NCBI RefSeq assembly: GCF_018977255.1
Contig: NW_024704756.1
Location: 16,866,001 to 16,930,000, forward strand
Length of the DNA: 64,000 bases
From: Callorhinchus milii
Lineage: Eukaryota
Direction of reading: 5' to 3'
The first letter of the stretch is position 1; the number at the start of each line of letters is the position of its first letter. The notes under the pieces were generated by a model that saw only the letters and a list, made by a program, of their open reading frames with translations, made no database searches and had not been told where the DNA came from. Shown here in pieces: positions 61,101-64,000 of the stretch. The position numbers and the translations under genes were made by a program.

Positions 61101-61133
61101 AGCCGTTGCCAAGTGTGTATGAAGAACTTGTAG
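11384..61133 (+). CDS. COL4A6: Collagen type IV alpha-6 chain, multi-exon gene (44 coding exons in window; 5' signal-peptide exons absent)
   Basis: The 44 AG/GT-bounded exons (one GC donor) join in phase into 1672 aa: Cys-rich 7S ([27 protein letters not shown]), interrupted Gly-X-Y and an alpha2/4/6-type NC1. Motifs [69 protein letters not shown] and the ITLPC interruption fit alpha6 rather than alpha2/alpha4 (recalled paralog sequences). Confidence 0.93.
11717..12137. repeat. CA-rich compound microsatellite
   Basis: CACA/CACG/CATA variants. Confidence 0.95.
13507..13838 (+). mobile_element. tRNA-Ala-derived SINE, young short subfamily A, full length
   Basis: Head GTGGAGTCCTGTAGCTCAGTGGTTAGAGC (A box)...TTTGCAA...GTTCAATTCC (B box), L2-like 3' stem-loop and (ATT)n tail; nearly identical to four other copies here. 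Confidence 0.9.
16780..17378. repeat. 26-bp minisatellite (TGTGCGTGTGAGTGTGTATGTGAGAG)n
   Basis: About 20 near-perfect tandem units with occasional variant units. Confidence 0.95.
18267..18681 (-). mobile_element. SINE subfamily B
   Basis: Reverse complement of B; contains a ~40-nt foreign insert. Confidence 0.85.
18690..19050 (+). mobile_element. Old DeuSINE-like (SacSINE1-type) element
   Basis: GTGTCAGCCTGGCTCAG head, ...GATGTTAAAGATCACATGG...AAGAGAAGGGAGTTTC...CCTGGCCAACAATCC, resembling the recalled Deu domain; heavily diverged. Confidence 0.65.
19760..20088 (+). mobile_element. L2-clade LINE 3' fragment
   Basis: [30 protein letters not shown], then GTGAAAGGCGCTGTGTAAATGCAA and (TTG)n. 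Confidence 0.8.
20775..21221 (-). mobile_element. SINE subfamily B with nested L2 tail
   Basis: Reverse complement of B, interrupted at 20858-20935. Confidence 0.85.
24415..25290. repeat. Pentanucleotide compound satellite (CAACA/CAACT/CAGCT/CAATA)n
   Basis: 5-nt period over ~875 nt. Confidence 0.95.
28228..28362 (+). CDS. COL4A6: COL4A6 exon w2
   Basis: tgcag|GQPGAV...GIKGEK|gtgagg, 135 nt. Confidence 0.93.
28482..28526 (+). CDS. COL4A6: COL4A6 exon w3
   Basis: tttcag|[15 protein letters not shown]|gtaagt, 45 nt. Confidence 0.93.
28557..28770. repeat. 34-bp minisatellite, 6 perfect copies
   Basis: TCACAGCCTCATACTCCTGCACACTTACACACAC at 28561, 28595, 28629, 28663, 28697 and 28731. Confidence 0.95.
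29542..29655 (+). CDS. COL4A6: COL4A6 exon w4 (7S, CNGT N-glycosylation sequon)
   Basis: tttcag|GHPGGQ...GLDGCNGTR...GFQ|gtacgg, 114 nt. Confidence 0.92.
30014..30082 (+). CDS. COL4A6: COL4A6 exon w5
   Basis: tgcag|[23 protein letters not shown]|gtgaga, 69 nt. Confidence 0.9.
30117..30549. repeat. (GT)n/(GTCT) microsatellite
   Basis: Fills most of the w5-w6 intron. Confidence 0.95.
30580..30615 (+). CDS. COL4A6: COL4A6 exon w6
   Basis: ttgcag|[12 protein letters not shown]|gtgagt, 36 nt. Confidence 0.92.
30950..31012 (+). CDS. COL4A6: COL4A6 exon w7
   Basis: ctccag|GSRGYG...GLPGFS|gtgagt, 63 nt. Confidence 0.92.
31150..31185 (+). CDS. COL4A6: COL4A6 exon w8
   Basis: ctccag|[12 protein letters not shown]|gtaagt, 36 nt. 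Confidence 0.92.
31637..31678 (+). CDS. COL4A6: COL4A6 exon w9
   Basis: ttgtag|[14 protein letters not shown]|gtaaga, 42 nt. Confidence 0.92.
31954..32055 (+). CDS. COL4A6: COL4A6 exon w10
   Basis: cctcag|GEVGQP...[22 protein letters not shown]|gtttgt, 102 nt. Confidence 0.9.
32107..32410 (-). mobile_element. SINE subfamily B (head partly deleted)
   Basis: Reverse complement of the B body and tail. Confidence 0.8.
32564..32617 (+). CDS. COL4A6: COL4A6 exon w11
   Basis: cctcag|GDRGYA...GSP|gtaatg, 54 nt. Confidence 0.92.
32760..33253. repeat. C/A-rich compound microsatellite
   Basis: CACA/CCCC runs. Confidence 0.95.
33364..33426 (+). CDS. COL4A6: COL4A6 exon w12
   Basis: tctcag|[21 protein letters not shown]|gtaaga, 63 nt. 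Confidence 0.92.
33515..33876 (-). mobile_element. SINE subfamily B, full length
   Basis: Reverse complement of B including the tRNA head (...CTACAGGACTCC). Confidence 0.85.
33974..34018 (+). CDS. COL4A6: COL4A6 exon w13
   Basis: cacag|[15 protein letters not shown]|gtaaaa, 45 nt. Confidence 0.92.
34178..34231 (+). CDS. COL4A6: COL4A6 exon w14
   Basis: ttgaag|GMKGFP...GMK|gtaggt, 54 nt. Confidence 0.9.
34701..34770 (+). CDS. COL4A6: COL4A6 exon w15
   Basis: tttcag|GDSGDV...[11 protein letters not shown](G)|gtacag, 70 nt, switches to phase 1. Confidence 0.92.
35003..35350. repeat. (GT)/(GAGT) microsatellite
   Basis: Direct reading. Confidence 0.9.
35572..35682 (+). CDS. COL4A6: COL4A6 exon w16
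   Basis: ggcag|..PPGFP...PAQIG|gtaaag, 111 nt, phase 1/1. Confidence 0.9.
35830..36030 (+). mobile_element. Old DeuSINE-like fragment
   Basis: GTGTCAGCCCGGCTCAG...GGATGAAGCATAAACTGAGGTCCCGTCTG...CAGGTGGAT...GAAGGGAGTTTCTC. Confidence 0.65.
36240..36389 (+). CDS. COL4A6: COL4A6 exon w17
   Basis: gtcag|..MKGLP...GPPGYS|gtaggt, 150 nt, phase 1/1. Confidence 0.88.
36495..36596 (+). CDS. COL4A6: COL4A6 exon w18
   Basis: tctcag|(N)QRLDRLGQP...GFK|gtgaga, 102 nt, phase 1/1. Confidence 0.88.
37344..37504 (+). CDS. COL4A6: COL4A6 exon w19 (CAC interruption)
   Basis: tcctag|..DPGDCACGG...GPS|gtgagt, 161 nt, phase 1/0. Confidence 0.92.
37725..38046 (-). mobile_element. SINE subfamily B
   Basis: Reverse complement of B; head-to-head with the A copy at 38071. 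Confidence 0.85.
38071..38391 (+). mobile_element. SINE subfamily A, full length
   Basis: Same sequence as 13507-13838. Confidence 0.9.
39066..39138 (+). CDS. COL4A6: COL4A6 exon w20
   Basis: ttctag|GRPGQP...GDSFGSSAK|gtaata, 73 nt, phase 0/1. Confidence 0.92.
39700..39850 (-). mobile_element. CR1-type LINE 3' fragment (third family)
   Basis: ATCATAGAATCCTACAGCACAGAAGGAGGCCATTCGG...; related pieces at ~36665-36780, 39155-39290, 44410-44560 and 58380-58430. Confidence 0.6.
40679..40785 (+). CDS. COL4A6: COL4A6 exon w21
   Basis: ttgaag|..SKGDR...GRPGLP|gtaagt, 107 nt, phase 1/0. Confidence 0.92.
41105..41288 (+). CDS. COL4A6: COL4A6 exon w22
   Basis: cctcag|GDNGRGFP...GTP|gtacaa, 184 nt, phase 0/1. 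Confidence 0.92.
41659..41730 (+). CDS. COL4A6: COL4A6 exon w23 (ITLPC interruption)
   Basis: ttgcag|..[14 protein letters not shown]...GPR|gtaagt, 72 nt. Confidence 0.92.
41800..42150 (-). mobile_element. Old DeuSINE-like element
   Basis: Reverse complement of the same motifs. Further diverged pieces at ~10420-10540, 13900-14130, 15130-15260, 16230-16550, 31290-31450, 52540-52750 and 55485-55600. Confidence 0.6.
42481..42588 (+). CDS. COL4A6: COL4A6 exon w24 (GC splice donor)
   Basis: ccacag|..EKGRP...GESGFP|gcaggt, 108 nt; only the GC donor keeps the next exon in phase. Confidence 0.88.
42660..42943 (+). mobile_element. L2-clade LINE 3' fragment
   Basis: [14 protein letters not shown]...[12 protein letters not shown] plus the same 3' tail. 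Confidence 0.8.
43053..43274 (+). CDS. COL4A6: COL4A6 exon w25
   Basis: cctcag|..FTGPP...GNT|gtaaca, 222 nt. Confidence 0.92.
43795..43956 (+). CDS. COL4A6: COL4A6 exon w26
   Basis: ttgtag|..FDGRP...GQR|gtaagg, 162 nt. Confidence 0.92.
47603..47801 (+). mobile_element. SINE subfamily A, 5'-truncated
   Basis: Matches the 3' 200 nt of the A copies, with (ATT)n tail. Confidence 0.85.
48139..48473 (+). mobile_element. SINE subfamily A, full length with duplicated 5' end
   Basis: GTGGAGTCCTGTAGCTCA occurs twice (48139, 48158), followed by the A body and tail. Confidence 0.9.
49727..49897 (+). CDS. COL4A6: COL4A6 exon w27 (alternative in-frame acceptor possible at 49691)
   Basis: ttgcag|..FPGPK...GQK|gtacac, 171 nt. 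Confidence 0.85.
50282..50425 (+). CDS. COL4A6: COL4A6 exon w28
   Basis: ctacag|..EKGSV...GLK|gtaaga, 144 nt. Confidence 0.92.
50803..50925 (+). CDS. COL4A6: COL4A6 exon w29
   Basis: ccccag|..DRGEN...GSR|gtattt, 123 nt. Confidence 0.92.
50994..51368 (+). mobile_element. SINE subfamily B
   Basis: tRNA head with CTCGCAA loop, B central block and tail. Confidence 0.85.
51432..51613 (+). CDS. COL4A6: COL4A6 exon w30
   Basis: tattag|..DVGFP...GAK|gtaggt, 182 nt, phase 1/0. Confidence 0.9.
51802..51865 (+). CDS. COL4A6: COL4A6 exon w31
   Basis: tcacag|GSDGYP...GLK|gtaaag, 64 nt, phase 0/1. Confidence 0.92.
52378..52452 (+). CDS. COL4A6: COL4A6 exon w32
   Basis: tttcag|..DRGDSSSAP...GYP|gtaaga, 75 nt. 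Confidence 0.92.
52872..52979 (+). CDS. COL4A6: COL4A6 exon w33
   Basis: ttgcag|..EKGRDSFS...GPP|gtgaga, 108 nt. Confidence 0.9.
53095..53935. repeat. G/T-rich (GGGT/GT) low-complexity repeat
   Basis: About 840 nt composed almost entirely of G and T, with many GGG tracts. Confidence 0.95.
54029..54136 (+). CDS. COL4A6: COL4A6 exon w34
   Basis: ccacag|..GSGRQ...GPK|gtagcg, 108 nt. Confidence 0.9.
54251..54322 (+). CDS. COL4A6: COL4A6 exon w35
   Basis: cactag|..FSGSP...GTP|gtacgt, 72 nt. Confidence 0.92.
54954..55079 (+). CDS. COL4A6: COL4A6 exon w36
   Basis: ctttag|..PGEVGRP...GDP|gtaatt, 126 nt. Confidence 0.92.
55161..55482 (-). mobile_element. SINE subfamily A, full length
   Basis: Reverse complement of the A consensus. 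Confidence 0.9.
55783..55899 (+). CDS. COL4A6: COL4A6 exon w37
   Basis: catcag|..SSGGL...GEL|gtaaga, 117 nt. Confidence 0.92.
56197..56358 (+). CDS. COL4A6: COL4A6 exon w38
   Basis: ttccag|..LRGPP...GLK|gtgagt, 162 nt. Confidence 0.92.
56755..56853 (+). CDS. COL4A6: COL4A6 exon w39
   Basis: cttcag|..QVGDS...GAQ|gtatgt, 99 nt. Confidence 0.92.
57223..57553 (+). mobile_element. SINE subfamily A, full length, nested in a B copy
   Basis: A consensus interrupting a B element. Confidence 0.9.
57554..57745 (-). mobile_element. L2 LINE 3' end fragment
   Basis: (AAC)n then AGCGCCTTTCACGTCGGGAGGACGTCCCAAGGCGCT, the reverse complement of the L2 tail. Confidence 0.7.
57882..58028 (+). CDS. COL4A6: COL4A6 exon w40
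   Basis: actcag|..FPGSP...GLP|gtgagt, 147 nt. Confidence 0.92.
58565..58681 (+). CDS. COL4A6: COL4A6 exon w41
   Basis: ttcaag|..IKGQP...GFE|gtgagg, 117 nt. Confidence 0.92.
58901..59092 (+). CDS. COL4A6: COL4A6 exon w42 (end of helix / NC1 start)
   Basis: cctcag|..NRGNS...[18 protein letters not shown]...AHNQDL|gtgact, 192 nt. Confidence 0.95.
59143..59525 (-). mobile_element. SINE subfamily B, full length
   Basis: Reverse complement of B. Confidence 0.85.
60296..60582 (+). CDS. COL4A6: COL4A6 exon w43 (NC1)
   Basis: ccacag|..MAGSCLPRF...PMMPV...WIGYSFLM|gtaagc, 287 nt; includes the PMMP motif carrying the sulfilimine-crosslink Met. Confidence 0.95.
60873..61133 (+). CDS. COL4A6: COL4A6 last coding exon (NC1 C-terminus, stop TAG)
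   Basis: ttacag|[13 protein letters not shown]...ETLKAG...CQVCMKNL*, 261 nt. Confidence 0.95.
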   Translation, partial: HTAAGPEGGGQSLVSPGSCLEDFRATPFIECNGPRGTCHFFANKYSFWLTIVEYNQQFAQSPPSETLKAGQLRTRVSRCQVCMKNL

Positions 61134-62736
61134 CCCAAACCCTGTTTCCCCGGCACCTTCACACGTGACTTTTTTTTTTACCCCCCCCGCCCCCCTCGTT
61201 CACCTCTTTCCCCAGATGTATTAGGCAGTGAAGCAGGTGGTAAAACCACAGTGTTGTGTTGCATGGTCTCTGGCTTAACAAACTTTGTATATTAGGAGAA
61301 AATGTTTCTTTTGTTTTAAAAGATTGTATAAAATTGCTAGGATGCCGTTCTCACAGTTATATTGAAGCCGTGTTTTTATCCTGCGTAAGTAGTATATATA
61401 CAATCAGCTGGGGACCAGGCGGGGCGCAGTATTTGCTGGGCCTTGTCCTGTCCACTTTGGTACAGTTTGTTTTCAGGAGCACTTTAACACTGCTCACTGG
61501 TTTGGTGCTATGCCCTAGCGAGAGAGCGAGCGGGTAGAAAGGTGCACAGTCTGTGTCTGGAGGCAGCTGTCTGTGATATAACAGGGGGCAATGGTTAAGG
61601 TGCTGTAGAGCTGAAGATTTCTGGTTACCCCAGATCTGATGCCTTCCTCTCCCCCGCCCCCCTCCCACCTCCCCTCTCCCGTTCACATCCCTTCTCTCCC
61701 CCCTTCTCCCTCCCTCACTCATTCACTCACTGCATTAAGGTGTAATTTTCATTCACTGATGGACATTTGAGAGTCTATTGATTGATGTTTTGTTCTAAGT
61801 CCACTATTGCAGTCGCGTTGACCTCAGCCTCTTTTGATAGCTTTGTGGCCAACTTCTTGTGTTGAGTTGAGAGAGAGAGAGAGAGAGAGAGAGAAAACGT
61901 ATCGAACATTAACTCAGGCAATATCTTCGAAAGTCGCTGTTGCCTTCTAAGGATACATCTCCTCAAATCATTGATGTTGACTTCACTCTATTTTGGCAAT
62001 CTCCAAGGGAAAGGTGACTTTTTTTCTCCATATCGATGTATATCTCTTAACTTCTCACGAGGTGAAGGGATCGGTTTGGATAAAGTGGGAATTTCGGCCC
62101 ACCTGATATCATTCCTCCTTTTTAGCGGTGCAAGAGAGCTTGACAAAATAGCCTGTCCCGAGCCCTTTCACGCGCTCTCTCTCTCTCTCTCTCTAGTTTG
62201 TAAGTCAGAGCTGAGAACGAGGATAGGGGATGGTGCGTGTGTGTGCGTACATGGTCATTAGGAAGAACATTCCAGAATCGACGCCCCCATTGTTCATCAA
62301 AGGTGCTTTTTTTTTCCCCCTTTAAAATCACGGCTACCTCAAAAAGTGGAGTCATTGCCCTACATTTATTTCAGTTTCAGAGCCAGTCAAAGTTATCCTA
62401 AAGGTCCCTAAACTTGGGTTGCAATTCACTAGGAAGCTACAATCCCTAGTCGTGTGGGATATCTATCGCCCGTGTGTGTGTCTGAGTGTGAAAAGGAAAT
62501 AGTTGTGAAACACTGTGACACTTCCCACACACATTTGTGTTTTCAATTGGTGCTATTTTGTCCTCGTTCACCTGCATGGTTAGGGGTTCGTAACCTCCCG
62601 TGGATTTGAACCCAATCTTTCTTTTATCCTGAACTTTTTTGGGGATGGAGTTTGGCTTCTAGAACAGCACGGAACTGCGCACTTTTCCATTTCCCCGTGT
62701 TCGAAACCCTTCCCTCAGCAACTCAGCGTGATGTTA

Positions 62737-62890
62737 CAGGAACATAGGAACAGGAGGAGGCCATTCAGTCCCTTGAGCCTGTTCTGCCATTCTGTTAAGA
62801 CCATGGCTGATCTGTACCTCAAATCCAATTACCTGCAATTGCCCCATATCCTTTGATACCCTGACCTAACAAATATCTATCCACCTCTGC
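62737..62890 (-). mobile_element. CR1-type LINE 3' fragment
   Basis: AGGAACATAGGAACAGGAGGAGGCCATTCAG...CCCCATATCCTTTGATACCCTGACC. Confidence 0.7.
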
Positions 62891-64000
62891 CTCGGGGGTG
62901 TGGGGAGGACGGGATTATTTACATGTATGTTTCCTTATTCCTTGCTTATTGATTGCTTTTGAATGCACCCATTGTCGTGTGTGTATCTGGGATTTCTCTC
63001 CTGCTCTACAATAGTAAATACTGCAATTCCAAATCTGTATTCTCGTGTGAAATCCATTAATGGGCAGCAACATACATCTGGGCAGTCAGGTTAGCACGAG
63101 GGGCGGTGTTGAATGATTTCAGGAACAACCTGGTGCTATGAGGATCGATGGGATGGTGGGTATTCTGGAAGGATTGAGATCAAAGAGTTTCTTCTTTCAG
63201 TCTTGTGAAACTTGATTGAGTGCCTACAATAGTACAAATCTTAGAACCAGCACAAACCACTGTAGCTGGTAAACTGGTAAACCCACTTTACTGAGCAGTA
63301 AAATATCAGTAGAGTTATTCTCATAAAATTTTAACCAGATTGAATGGTGTCAGCTTTGTAGTTAAACTGTGTTTGGTACGACTGATATTTCACATGTTGA
63401 GAAATTGCAAACTGTGTAAATTGAAACAAAGAACTACTGAGGGGGGGGTGGGGGGGTGAGTGGGGGGGTTGGGGGTGAGTGGGGATGGGGAAGGCCAGTT
63501 GAGTTGTTTTGTTTTATGTTTAAAGAGATGTAATGTTTTCAGAGGCATTGGTGGTGCAAAATATATAGAGTGACGAGGAGTAAATGAAGTGTCGCGTTAA
63601 AACAGTTCTATTATTTTGCTGGATATAAAATTGTTATTTGCAAGAATAAGTCACACTAAGGACCCATGTGGGTTAATAACAAGCTGTGGGGTTGTCACCA
63701 AGAGGCTGAAAGAACAACGACGACAACTTGCATTTACATAGCGCCCTTCATGTGGGGTAGCGGCTGTTCGCCCACAAAACACACAGTCACTACACTTTAC
63801 AGGATATTCTGTGAAGCACTTTAAGACGTCTCGAAGACGTGATCAGGCGCTGTATCAACCGCAAGGATTATTTTGCAGAGTACAAGATACTTTGATAATC
63901 AAAGACTGTTCCCTCGTCAGGTTAAACAGACGTTTGTTAAAATCCTCCCACTCCCAATCTCTGATCTGAGCAGCTGATAGTTCCTGTCACCGCAGGGTAA

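Noticed and set aside
58901..61133. Assignment as COL4A2 or COL4A4
   Set aside because: NC1 residues ([43 protein letters not shown]) and the ITLPC interruption match alpha6; a phylogeny would confirm

Overview
Eukaryotic (vertebrate) genomic DNA, most likely a cartilaginous fish and probably a holocephalan/chimaera, judging by its tRNA-Ala-headed L2-tailed SINEs, DeuSINE relics and CR1/L2 fragments (inference). One gene dominates the window: a type IV collagen alpha-6 chain (COL4A6) on the + strand. I traced 44 coding exons by hand from 11384 to the TAG at 61133, totalling 5019 nt (1672 aa plus stop). They cover the 7S domain, the interrupted Gly-X-Y helix and a complete NC1 domain, and every exon junction is in phase. 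The signal-peptide exons and promoter appear to lie upstream of the window. Introns are filled with two SINE subfamilies, older DeuSINE-like copies, L2/CR1 3' fragments and micro/minisatellites, which account for nearly all long ORFs in the track. I found no novel protein-coding system. The most interesting observations are: a GC-AG intron; an extra, probably ancestral, intron; several isolated Gly substitutions in the helix; a TATA+ATG+phase-matched donor inside the largest 3' intron; near-identical inverted young SINEs flanking in-frame exon blocks; and a conserved SINE/L2 3' stem with a subfamily-specific 5-nt loop.
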